Shown here: in pieces, positions 12,016-24,430 of the stretch
Layout: every line of letters starts with the position of its first letter
Numbering within the stretch: position 1 is the first letter of the stretch
Source: Phaeosaccion multiseriatum
Lineage: Eukaryota > Protista > Ochrophyta, other classes
Assembly: GCA_965112735.1 (NCBI GenBank)
Contig: OZ218954.1
Coordinates: 558,001 to 622,000 of the forward strand
Direction of reading: 5' to 3'
DNA length: 64,000 nt
Program-made: the position numbers and the translations under genes
Notes under the pieces: generated by a model
The model's input: only the letters and a program-made list of their open reading frames with translations
Told to the model about the DNA's origin: nothing
Database searches by the model: none

Positions 12016-14283
12016 ATGGTGTCTAAACGGCATCTACCACCCACCAGCGCCAAGAGCAGAGGCCTAGATAGCAGCAGTGATATCAACAAGCACAGGGCGG
12101 CAGGTAGCAGTAGAGGCAGCAGCAGGCCGAGTAGCAGGGCGGGTAGTAGGCCCACTAGTGGCCATAGGTCAAGGAGTAGAAGTACGAGTAGGAGTGGTAG
12201 ACCGACAAGTAGTAGGCGCAGGAGTAGGAGGGCGTCTCCGAGGGTGAGAGGGGTCATTAAGGGAAAAACCCCAGTAGTAGCAGCAGCGGCAACAGCTACA
12301 GCAGTTGGTCATCCAGCAGTGGGTGGTGATACCGAGCAGGTGCAGCGCCAGCAACAACCGCAGCAGCAGCACTGCGACAGTGATCAAGAAGAGAAGCGTC
12401 ATTCACAGCAGGATAAGGACGAGAAGGAAGAGGAGGGCGCTGGAGGAGAGCATGCCCACCAGCATCAGCGGTTGGTGGTACAACAGCAGCAGCAGCACCT
12501 GCTAGGAAGAGACAAGAGAGAGGACGACGCGTGGGAAGAAGACGCTCACTATCGCACTCTCGCGGCTGCAGCTGCTGCTCTGACGGCGTTCGGGTTGGAC
12601 CAAGCGAGGCAAAAACAAGAGGGTGGTCCTGAAGAGGAGGGGGGGGGCGCGGGGAGGAGGAAGGGGAAGGGTGACAGCGGCAGCGGCGGCAGCGAAGCTG
12701 TGTCCGTGTCGATAGGTGATGATGATCCTGATGATGATGGTGAAGGTGGTTTCCCTCCTCCTGACGCTGGGGAATTGCATCATATGCCTCCATCCGGAGG
12801 GGCCCAGGGGGGGCGCGATGGAGTGGTAGTGGAGGAGGAGGAGGAGGAGGAGGAGGAGGCGGAGCAGGAAGACGACAGTTACAGAAGTATGGGTTCCTCC
12901 TCCTCCTCAACGTGCAACACAGGCACTGGCTCAGGGGTTGTCTCAGACTACTCTGGCTCCCTGGCATCGGATGATGATGATGATAATGAGGAGGAGGAGG
13001 AGGAGGAGGAGGAGGAGGAGGAGGAAGAAGAAGATGGTGATCCTGAGGATGGTGATGACGACGACGACGTTTCCATCGACATACGTGACTCCATTTGTTC
13101 GGATTCGGATGCCGACACGGAAACGGACCCCTTGGAGCCCATCCCCGGGGTGGTGAAGTTGGTGCCCAGCCTGTTCCCGGATCGGTCCCCGACTGTTCAT
13201 TTCGAGTACCCGCAGGAGCTTGAAATCGTACGGAAGGGGGCTTACGTGACCGGTACGTAAGGGGGTTAGGTTTTGGAGGGGAAGGGACGAAGAGGGTTTG
13301 GTGCAGTTGCAGGAGGGGGGGAGGTGTGTCTTACGTAAGTAGCACATGTGTGTGTGTGTGTGTGTGTGCGTGTGTGTGATGTTCCCCTCCTACCCCCTCT
13401 CTCTTTGTCCTCCTTGAGTAGAGCCCCTCGGAGGGCGTAAGCTTCTCTTCAAGACACACTGGGAGAGAAACAGTGTTAAGAATGCCTTCTTTCGAGCCGG
13501 ATTTGCACGCACAAAGAGTCCTTTGACTTGGACGGCGAATTGGGGCAAGCATCCTTCCCCGGATATGTTCAGGTGCGTTGGTCGACGGAGGGAGGGAGGG
13601 GAGGGAGGGTAGGGAGGGAGGGAGGGAGGGAGGGAGGGAGGGAGGGAGGGAGGGAGGGGAGGGAGGGGAGGGAGGGAGGGAGGGAGGGAGGGAGGGAGGG
13701 AGGGAGGGAGGGAGGGAGGGAGGGAGGGAGGGAGGGAGGGAGGGAGGGAGGGAGGGAGGGAGGGAGGGAGGGAAGGACGTACTGTTCTACATCTCATCCG
13801 ATGTCCAGCAATGAGGCGAAAGGAGGTGCTCATCTCTCTGTCTGTCTGTCTCTCTCTCCCTCTCTCCCTCTGTCTCTCTTCCCTTCGGATTCTCTTGACA
13901 CCCACCCACCCACCCACCCACCCCCCCTCTCCAGGTCTCTGAATCGGTTTCAGAAGGTCAACCACTTCCCGGGCAGCTGGTGCATCGGCCGTAAAGACCG
14001 TCTGATGCGTACCGTCGCCAAGATGAAGAGAGAGAACCACCATGCGTACTTCGACCCCAATGCTGCCCGCCCCCCTATCACAAACAGTAGTGCGCCGGGG
14101 TCTGGCGGCGCCCCGGGGGGGTCTAGTTCGGGCGGGGAAGGGCCGTTTGACTTTTTGCCCACGGGCTTCTTGTTGCCACTGGAGAGGTGAGTGTAGGGCA
14201 ACGTTGAGTGTAACGTTCGAAGGACTGGATAGGGAGGCATTTCGTTCGTTCTTTCGTTCGTTCGTTGGACTGAGAGAGAGATG

Positions 14284-14316
<33 letters not shown>

Positions 14317-14571
14317 GGAGAGTGAGAAGGAGGGATAGAGGGAGAGAGGGGCGACAGAGCGAGAGAGAGGTGGAGAGGGAGATAGGGAGAGAGAGAGAGG
14401 GTGAGAGGGAGAGGACGAGCGAGAAAGAGAGGTGGAGCAAGGGATAAAGGTTCTTGTTCGCTCCTTCTTCCTTCCTTCGTTCCATGGTGTGCTGTGTCCG
14501 TTTGTTGACGAATTGATCTTCAGTTTTTCTTCTCTCCCTCTTCACGTCATGTCATATCCTCCTCCTCCTTC

Positions 14572-14607
<36 letters not shown>

Positions 14608-15709
14608 GTATTTATATACCCATGTGCATCATTATTTCTCCCTCTCCGTCTCCCTCCCCCCTCCCCTCCCCCCCCCCCTGTACAGGCGGTCGTTTCTCAA
14701 GGCAGTGGAAGCCGAGCGTCGTCAGCTGTGGATCCTCAAACCCCCTGCCAGTAGCTGTGGTAGAGGCATACGAGTAATGAATCGCACCAGCGTCGCCACC
14801 TTTATGGGGGTCTCCGGCCCCGGGTCAAAGGTGTCAGGATCAGGGTCAAGGGTGTCAGGACCGGGGCCAGGGAAGCGAAGCAGTCATGGCAAGACGAGTG
14901 GCCATGGTCATGGACATGGACATGGTGGTGGAGGTCATGGCAGCGGCGGCCACAGTAAGAGGCCTGCGCTCGTGCAGCGGTACATTTCAGATCCGCTGCT
15001 CATCGGAGGGAGGAAGTTCGACCTCCGGCTCTACGTACTTGTGACCAGGTATGTAAGGGTATGTATGGGTATATATGGGTATGTATGGGTATATATGGGT
15101 ATAAATGGGTATGTATGGGTAAATATGGGCATTATGGGTGTAAATGGTCCATATGTATGGGTATATATGGGTATATGGGTATTATGGGTATATATGGGCA
15201 TATATGGGTATATGTGGGTATATGTGGGTACATACGGGAATATGAGGTTCTAACGGGGGGGAGGGAGGAAGGAAGGAAGGAAGGAATGCACGACTGAAAG
15301 AATGAATGACTCGAGGAGGGCCTAATGACCCCTCTCCCTCCCTCCCTCCCTCCTTCCCTCCCTCCCTCCCTCTCACCCACCCCAGCATGGAGCCCCTCCG
15401 TGTGTACCTCTTCGACGAGGGCCTCGTGCGTTTCTCTACGAAGCCTTACACCCTCAAGAACCTCAAAAGTCGTTTCACACACCTCACCAACTACAGGTAT
15501 ATGGGCAGGCAGACAGGCGTATGGGCAGGCAGTGAAATCGAAAGTACCGTAAGGAGTACGTAACCATAAGTACCCCCCTGTATCTGTAGGTTCTCCCCCC
15601 GCACGACACCCCAAGAGCACAAACTGAACTCAAACTCAAACTGACATTCTTGTCGACCTCTGCCACCCGTCTGCCTCTTTACCTGCCCATATGCCTGCAT
15701 ATGTGTGTA

Positions 15710-15770
<61 letters not shown>

Positions 15771-15978
15771 GTGTGTGTGTGTCTACATGTATGTTTGCGT
15801 GTGTGTGCGTGCGTTTGTGGGGTCGCGCGCGCTTGTGTGCGTGCAGCGTGAATAAGAAGGCCTCTGGCTACCGAGCGTCCGAGTCCACTGACCCGGCCAA
15901 CCCGGACCTGACGGTACGTACGCTTACGTAATGGTTGATTGGAGTGTGAGTTTGACTGACTGCCATATATGTATGTAC

Positions 15979-16015
<37 letters not shown>

Positions 16016-19000
16016 AGTGTCTCTCTCTCCTTCTTGCTGTGGTTTTGCTCTCTGTGTCTCTGTCTCTCTCCCTCTCCCTCTCCCTCTCCGCCTCTCCCCC
16101 TTACGTGACCTTACGTGACGACGCGTAATTCCACTTCCCTTCGCTGACTTACCGCTGTGCCTCGACAGGCCACAAAGTGGGCTCTCTCTGTGCTGTGGCC
16201 CTATTTGGAGGAAAGGGTCGGCAAGGGCAAGACAGACAACGTCAAGCGTCGCATAGAGGGTGCGTGGATGGCAGTGGATGGGGTTGGAGGGATGGCAGTG
16301 GATGGCAGTGGAGGGAGCAGTGGATGGTAGTGGATGGGTGGGCAAGGACGAGATAGACAACGTCAAGCGTCGCGTAGAGGCTGGGTGGATGGCAGTGGAT
16401 GGTAGTGGGTTGTGTGGAGGCGTGGCAGTGGAGGGATGGCAGTGGATGGTAGTGGATGGGTGGGTAAGTAGCAGTGGGTGGGTGAGTGAATGTGAGGTGT
16501 AAGAAGCTGAAGACAAAGAGCTCGAAGTGTCCGTTCTTCCCGCTGGGCGTGTGTGTGTGTGCGTGTGTGTGTGCGTGTTTGACGCTCTCCTTGCCCTCCT
16601 CCTCCTCCTCCTCCTCCTCCTCCTCCTCCTCCTCCTCCTCCTCCTCCTCCTCCTCCTCCTCCTCCTCCTCCTCCTCCTCCTCCTCCTCCTCCTCTTCCTC
16701 CTCCTCCACCACCACCACCACCACCACCACCACCATCTCTCCCATCCACTGCCATCGCCTACACACCCCCCTAACTACAATCATAGAGGTCTGCGTCAAG
16801 ACGATTATCGCCGCTGACTCCGGCATGACGTCACGAGTGCAGCAACTAATGCGTCACAACGGCTCTTGCTACGAGCTCTTCGGATTTGACGTCATGCTTG
16901 ACGTCGCCCTCAAGCCCTGGCTGCTGGAGGTAAGTGGGGTGGGTGGATGGCAGTGGATGAGTGGGTGGGGGTGCAGGGAAGTGGATGGCAGTGGATGGCA
17001 GTGGATGGGTGGATGACAGGGGATGGCAGTGGATGAGTGGGTGGGGGTGGAGGGAAGTGGATGGCAGTGGATGGCAGTGGGTGGGTGGATGACAGGGGAT
17101 GGCAGTGGAAGGTTGTGCGGTTGGCAGTGGATGTAAGTGGGTGGATGAGTGGGTAGGTGTGTAGGTGAGTGAGTGAGTGAGAGAGTAAGTAAGCGAGTGA
17201 GAATAAGCGAGTGAGTGAGTATGTGAGTGAGTGATTGGACTATGGATACCAGTGAGGTGTATCTCCTCCCTGCTCTCTTATTCTCATTGTTCCCCCCCCC
17301 TTTCTTAGGTTGATTCCTATCAGTTAATGAAAGTCCTATCCTCCTTCCTCCCCCCCCCCCCTCCTGACACACCTCCCTCCCTCCCTTCATTCCCTCCCTC
17401 CCTCCCTCCCCCTCTCCGAACAACCAACAGGTCAATGTAAGCCCCAGTCTGTTCGGTGCCTCACCCCTTGACCGCCGCATCAAGGGAACGCTGATGGCCG
17501 ACATCTTCCACCTCGTTGGCTTCAGACCCTTCGATAAGCTTGCCCTCAAGAGGGAAGAGAGGAGGGAGAGGCAGCAAGTCCCAGGTGGGTGCAAGTAGAT
17601 GGCAGTGGATGGGCTATCCCGCCGTGGCAGGTAATCAAAACTGTCCCCTCCCCCCCTCCCTCCCTCCCTCCCTTCCTCTCTCCCTCTCTCCCTCCCTCCC
17701 TCCCTCCCTCCCTTCTTCCTTCCCTTCCTCTCCTCCGTCCTCCCCTCCCTCACTTCCTTCCTTCCCTTCCTCTCCTCCGTCCTCCCCTCCCTCACTTCCT
17801 TCCTTCCCTTCCTCTCCTCCCTCCCTCCCTTCATTCCTTCCTTCCTTCCCTTCCTCTCCTCTCTCCCTACCTCCCTCCCTCACATCCTTCCCTCCGTCCC
17901 CCCCTCCCTCACTTCCTTCCTTCCTTCCTTCGTTCCTTCTTTCCTTCCCTTCCTCTCCTCCCTCCCTCCCCCCGCCCTTCCCTCCCTCCCGTGCTCAGGC
18001 CATCACCGTGCCGCGGGTTCCATTGGCTCGAGAGTGTCGGCCAAGCCCCAAGACAGTTGGCGACGACGGCCTGTGCCCGAGTCTGTGGATGTCCACTCGT
18101 TGGGGGAGGGAGAGCTCGAGGTTATCAGGGAGACGGAGGACGAACACCACAGAAGAGGGCATTTCAAGGTTAGAGAAAGATGGCTGTATCACCAACTGCT
18201 GCTGTTGCTGCTGCTGCTACTATTGGTGATGGTGGCGTGAAGGGCTGCGCTATGTCATATACACGTACCAAGCGCACACACACACAAAAAGAGAGAGACA
18301 CACGCACACACAGAGAGAGAGACACACACACGCACACACACACAGAGCGAGAGAGAGACACATACACACACACGCACGCACGCACACACATATACGCATT
18401 GAGTACGTGCTTACGTCCACCACTATCCACGCCATCTGCTGCCATGCAGGTGCTGTACCCGACGGCGGACAACGTTCGTCTCCTGTGGCCCTTGTTTCCG
18501 GTCCCTCGTTTTCTCAATGGTGTACTCGGGGCGTGGGCCCTCTCGGGAGGGTTGTCATCGGCTAGAAACCGTGCCGTGATCGGGTTGGATCCGGAGCGGA
18601 TGGCAGCCATGGCGACGACGGCAGCACTCCGGATGGGGAGGAGGGGAAGGGGAGAGGGGCATTTTGTTGGAGGCGGTGGAGGGATGGCAATGGATGGGGG
18701 GGATGGCAGTGGAAGTACGGCGGGAGGGAGCAGCGCAAGGGGAGGAGGAGGGGGGGTGTACGTGGATGGCAATGGATGGAGGGGAGGAGGAAGGAGGGGT
18801 GGTGGCAGCAGCGTGGCCTCAGCGTTTCGGACCACCGTCCACCATACGAATGCGCAAAGCTGTGGGAGTATATGCACAGCTCAACAGGTAAGGGGTGCGA
18901 GAGGAGGAGGAGGAGGAGGAGGAGGAGGAGGAGGAGGAGGAGGAGGAGGAGGAGGAGGAGGAGGAGGAGGAGGAGGCGGGATGGGAGCAAGGTTTCCGTT

Positions 19001-20570
19001 GAGTGGCCGAAGCAGTCGAGGAGGAAGCACGAGTCGGATAGATGGCAGTGGAAGCTCAGCCTCCGGAGCTACCTCTTGCGCAGATGGAGATGATGGCAGT
19101 GGTTGGAGAGGAGGGGGAGGACCGGGAGGAGGAGGAGGGATTCCGAGCGGTCGTGGGGATCGACTTCGCTTGCCCCCTCATCTCGGCCGCCGCCCGCCCA
19201 GCGGCAGCGGCAGCGGCAGCGGCAGTGATAGCACCTGTATAGGTGCAGCAGTTGGTGATACAGCAGCAACCGGGGGAGGAGGAGGATCTCCGACAAGAGG
19301 AGGGAAAGGGCCTGCCAGGGTTGGCAGGGTCGGGAAGCGAGAGCCGCCGCAGCAGTTGGTGGTACAGCGGCAGAGTCACAATCGCCAGCGGCCGAGGAGC
19401 GGGCGAGGCAGGGCTGCAGCTGTGGATGGCAGTGGATGGGGGGTGGCTGTCACGGCTGCTGGAGCCGCGGCAGTAGCAGTAGCAGCAGGCAGGGGAGGAG
19501 GAGGAGGAGGAGGAGGAGGAGGAGGAGGAGGAGGAGGAGGAGGAGGAGGAGGAGGACGAGGAGCAGGGGCATTTCCGAGTCGGGGAGTAAAGGAAGGGCG
19601 GCAGCAGAGGGGGGGGAGTGTCTCCTCATCCCTCCACGGTACATCACACATTGGTGATCCAATTGGTGGTGCGACAGTCGCCAGCACCAAGCATCTTCGA
19701 TCTCAATCCGACGGCGGTGAATATGTGGACCAGCTCCTGGACGATAGGAGACACCTCCACCAGCAGCAGCAGCTGGTGATACAGGAACATCAGCAGCCGG
19801 GGACGCGCCGGCTGCAACAGCAGCAGCAGTTGGTGATACAGCAGCAGCAGCAGCAGGGCATGCAGCGACCAGGGAGCAGAGGCAGCAGCAGCGGCAAAGT
19901 GACGGATGGCAACATCACCACAGATGGCAGCAGCAGCAGTTTCACCGGTGCCGATGGCGGTGGCGCTGTTGCCGTATCACCACCTGCTGAAGCATCACCA
20001 TCACCCACCGTGCCCGCGCCAGCGTCGTCGCCAACGATGATCTTGTCGACGGGGGCGCGTGAGTGGTACGTGGATAGAGTGGATCCGACGCCGTCCCCCG
20101 CGCGGCAGCAACGGCAGCAGTTGGTGATCCAGCAGCAGTTGTTGATCCAGCAGCAGCAGCAGCAGTTGGTGGTACAGCAGCAGAGAAATGACGACAGGCT
20201 GCGCGAACGACGGCACGGAGCAGCTGCCGCCATCGTCGTCGGAAAGGACCCTCTGTCCCCAACAGTGGGTGATGCATCAGTTGGTGACACAGCAGTTGGT
20301 GATACAGCAGTTGGTGATACGGCCTCCTCCTCATCCACCCCCGCCAGGGCACCGAGATATCCGGCTTCAGTGCGGAGACGCCAACGCCAGCAGCAGCAGC
20401 AGTTGGTGATACAGCAACAGCAGTCCGCAGAGCCCATTGTTGGCGGCAGTGGCAGCACCACTCAATCGGCGCTTTTGGCGACGCTCGGAGGCAAAGGAAA
20501 GGCGGCAGTTGGTGGTATGGAAAGGCATCACAGGGGACCCGCCCTTGCGACTGGAAAGCAATACCAATAG
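12016..20570 (+). CDS. TTLL4: Tubulin polyglutamylase, TTLL4-like (TTL/ATP-grasp domain), 11 exons
   Basis: Exons 12016-13252, 13422-13572, 13935-14186, 14686-15048, 15386-15496, 15847-15913, 16169-16259, 16787-16929, 17431-17584, 17999-18168, 18450-20570. Motifs [94 protein letters not shown]. Confidence 0.92.
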
Positions 20571-20732
20571 AGAAACAGCTTATTAGTCAATTTGAGTGCC
20601 AATTGGAGAGGGTTCGCCTTGGGGGGCGGGCCTCGGGGTCACAATCCTTGGTAGGAGGACAGTGGATGGACAGAGAAGAGAGAGAGAAAGAGAAAGAGAG
20701 AGAGGTAGAGAGAGAGAGAGGGCGAGAGGGAC

Positions 20733-20777
<45 letters not shown>

Positions 20778-21086
20778 GCGCTGCTGAGGAGGGGAGCTTT
20801 GGAGCCTTGTACGCCACAATGCTCCGCACCGCCGCAGCAGCAGCAGCAGCAGTTGGTGATACAGCAGGAGGAGAATGAGCAGCGATGGCAGTGGACGGAT
20901 GGAGGGAAAGAGGTTGGACTGTGTATGTTTGTTAGTCGTAGTAAGCCAACAAAGGACGGGAAAGACAAAGAGGCAGTCGAGAGATCGAATGAATTGGAAC
21001 TAAGTGAGCCAACAATGACTAGAATAGAGCTTCACTTGGAACTTGCTCTCTCTCTTCCTCTCTCTCTCTCTCTCTAAGCTCTCTCA

Positions 21087-21122
<36 letters not shown>

Positions 21123-21350
21123 GCTCTTTCCATGACATATTTGCCTTGCCTCTACCGGGAGGTGGGGGTGTCGCTGCGGAATGTGGGGGTGCCGGTGCGG
21201 AATGCAGCCGCCCTTCACTCACTCGCACGCTCTCTTGAGGGAATGTCAAAAATGGAAATGCATTGGTCTTACGAAAATTACGTGTGTGTCATCGTACCAT
21301 AAACAAGTCTGCAGACAAAAGAGCTGTCAACTGAGTGTCAGACCCAGACC

Positions 21351-21421
21351 ATCTTACAAAAGATTATCTTCCATCTTACGAAAGATTATCTGTCATCTTA
21401 CGAAAGATTATCTGCCATCTT
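21351..21421. repeat. 22-bp tandem repeat x3 with internal hairpin (ATCTT-ACGA-AAGAT)
   Basis: ATCTTACRAAAGATTATCTKYC repeated between the convergent 3' ends of two genes. Confidence 0.85.
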
Positions 21422-21612
21422 GAGTATGAGACGCAGACCAACGCCACAGCCACAGCGGCAGCCACTGAGTTAGTCCTCGTTGCGAATCACAACTGGCAAA
21501 TGGCAGTAAAAGAGCCTCCCTCCCTCCCTCCCTCCCTCCCTCTTTCCCTCCCTCCCTCCCTCCCTCCCTCCCTCCCTCCCTCCCTCCCTCCCTCCCTCCC
21601 TCTTTCCCTCCA

Positions 21613-21756
<144 letters not shown>

Positions 21757-21939
21757 AGGGCTTTTGTCGCTTGAGCATAGGCAATTCCTCCTGTTTCACC
21801 ATACGCACCCCCCCCTCTCTCTCCCTACTATATAATACTTACGTACGTACACATTCTACACGAAAGGCGCAAACGACAGGGAGTGCCAGTGCCATCTCGT
21901 CCCATCTGCTGCCATCTTGTCATCTTCTCCTCTGTTGAC

Positions 21940-23832
21940 TTAGCCTCCCATTCCGACCACCGCATGCTCCGTTGCCGCGTGCCGCTGCTGCTCCTCCTCC
22001 TGTACCCGTTGGCGATACGGCTCCACAACTGACACCTCCTCCTCCTCCTCCTCCTCCTCCTCCTCCTCCTCCTCCTCCGGAATCGTCCGGTATGCTTGCA
22101 CCTTGGCAGAAGCAGAATCACCAACATAAACAGTTGGTGATACAGCCCTTTCTCCTTCTCCTTCCTCCGCTGCTGCTCTTGTTTCGCTTCCTGCTCTTCT
22201 GAATGCTTCTTCGTCACCTTCTTCTCCTTCCTCCAAAGTGTGGGCAATGGTGGTGGCGAGAAGGCCGAAGTCAGCAATGGCAGCAGACAGCTCAATCGAA
22301 TCATCACCATCATCATCATCATCTTCATCACCATCATAGCCACCCCTAGAATCACAACTGGCAGCAGCAGCAGCAGCAGCAGCAGTACCAGCAGCACCAA
22401 CTCCATTCATCTCCCTCCTCCTGACAGAGTCCGTAATCGAATCCGACAACGTGTCCGAGATGGAGTCCCTCAGAATCGAATCCCACAAAATCGCATCTGA
22501 AATCGAGTCCGAAACAATCGGGCCCGAGTTCGAAACCGACGAAACCGTCAAGTCCGTCGCGGCGGCTCCACCCAAGTCGAGTGTCACGTCGACGGCCGCG
22601 AGGGCAAAGTCCGCCATGACAGCGGCGTGTTCAGCATTGCTGGTGTGTAGACTGCGGGGAGGTGGGGTTTGTTGTTGTATCACCAACTGCTGCTCTTCTG
22701 TTGCATCTGTTGTATCACCAACTCGTGCTCCTCCTGCGCGAGTTGGTGATGCAACAGGCACATACACAGTTGGGGTCGTCTTCTTCGTCGTCTTGGTCTT
22801 CTTCTTCGTCTTCGCCTTCGCCTTCATGGCCTTGCTGCTCGAGAAGGGGGAGGAGGAGGAGGAGGAGGAGGACACATCGATATGAAGCCTATCGACATTG
22901 ACGTCTCTCTCCTCCTTCTGTTGCCTTCCGAAGGAGAACAGCCTCGATGTGCCTTTCCCCGCACCGGCCACGGAACGACTGAGACTGGGGGGATGGCAGT
23001 GGATGGGGGATGGAGGGGAAGGGAGGATGGGAGAGGAGAGCACAGAAGGGGGGGGGGGGGTTAAGCGCCAAGCAGCTAAGACAAGATTTGGAAAGATCTT
23101 TCTATTCCTAGACATGAAAGTTGTTTCGTTGTGGGCTTACGCTTCTCCCTCCCTTCCTTCCTTCCTTCCTTCCATTCTTCCTTACTTCCTTCCTTCCTTC
23201 CTTCCTTCCTTTCTTTTTCCTTCCTTCCTTCCTTCCTTCATTCATTCCTTCCTTCCTTCCTTGCTTGCTTCCGTCCTTCCTTCCTTCCTTCCTTCCTCCC
23301 TTCTCCCTCCTTTCCTTCCTTCCTTCCTCCTTTCCTTCCTTCCTTCGTCCCTCCCTCCCTCCGTCTATCCCTTTCTCCTCCTCTCCATCCCTCCCTCCCT
23401 CCCTCCGTCCCTCCCTTTCTCCCTTTTCTCCCTCCTTCCTTCCTTCCTTCCTTCCTTCCTTCCTTCCTCACCTCGACAGTGTCCGGCCCAGCGGCCCTCT
23501 ACCGGTATTTGGGCCTCCCCCCCTCCCACTATGATGCCCGAATGCCTCCTTCCTCTCCCGCTCGAGCTGCTCGTTGTGGGCCTGCAGCTCCTCCACCTGG
23601 TGCGTGGGGAACAAAAAAGTCAAATGGTTTAGGGTGTAGTAGTAGACATCCAGATGACACAACTCCTTCTACTATTAAGAAATGGTACGTAATTTAACGG
23701 GATAAAGTTGGCGCCACGAGATGACAACAGAGGATGTATTTGATTTGGGATTTGCTCTCTTTATTGGGCATCGCCAGATGATGATGATGATGATGATGAA
23801 TATATATATATGATGAATATATATATATATAT

Positions 23833-23911
<79 letters not shown>

Positions 23912-23939
23912 TATATATATGATGAATATATATATATAT

Positions 23940-24031
<92 letters not shown>

Positions 24032-24380
24032 CCCACTCATTAGCTCACTGACTTACTACACACCTGTCACTCACTGACTTACTACGCACCTGTCTCTGCA
24101 GCCGCCCCACTTTGGCCTCGGACAGGGACGCTTCCTCCCGAGCAGCTCTCTGGAGTGGCAGTGGATGGCAGTGGATGGCAGTGGATGGATGTCAGGGCAG
24201 TGGTTGGGCGAGCGCCAGGAAAGTGGGTGGGTGGATGCTTCAAAATACAGTAACGGAAAGGGGCCACACAAAAAACCCCACACACACACATATACACACA
24301 TACGTGCACATACGCGCATACATATACATATACACATATTGTATACAATGCTTGACTCCCTCCCCTCCTATATATATACT

Positions 24381-24430
<50 letters not shown>

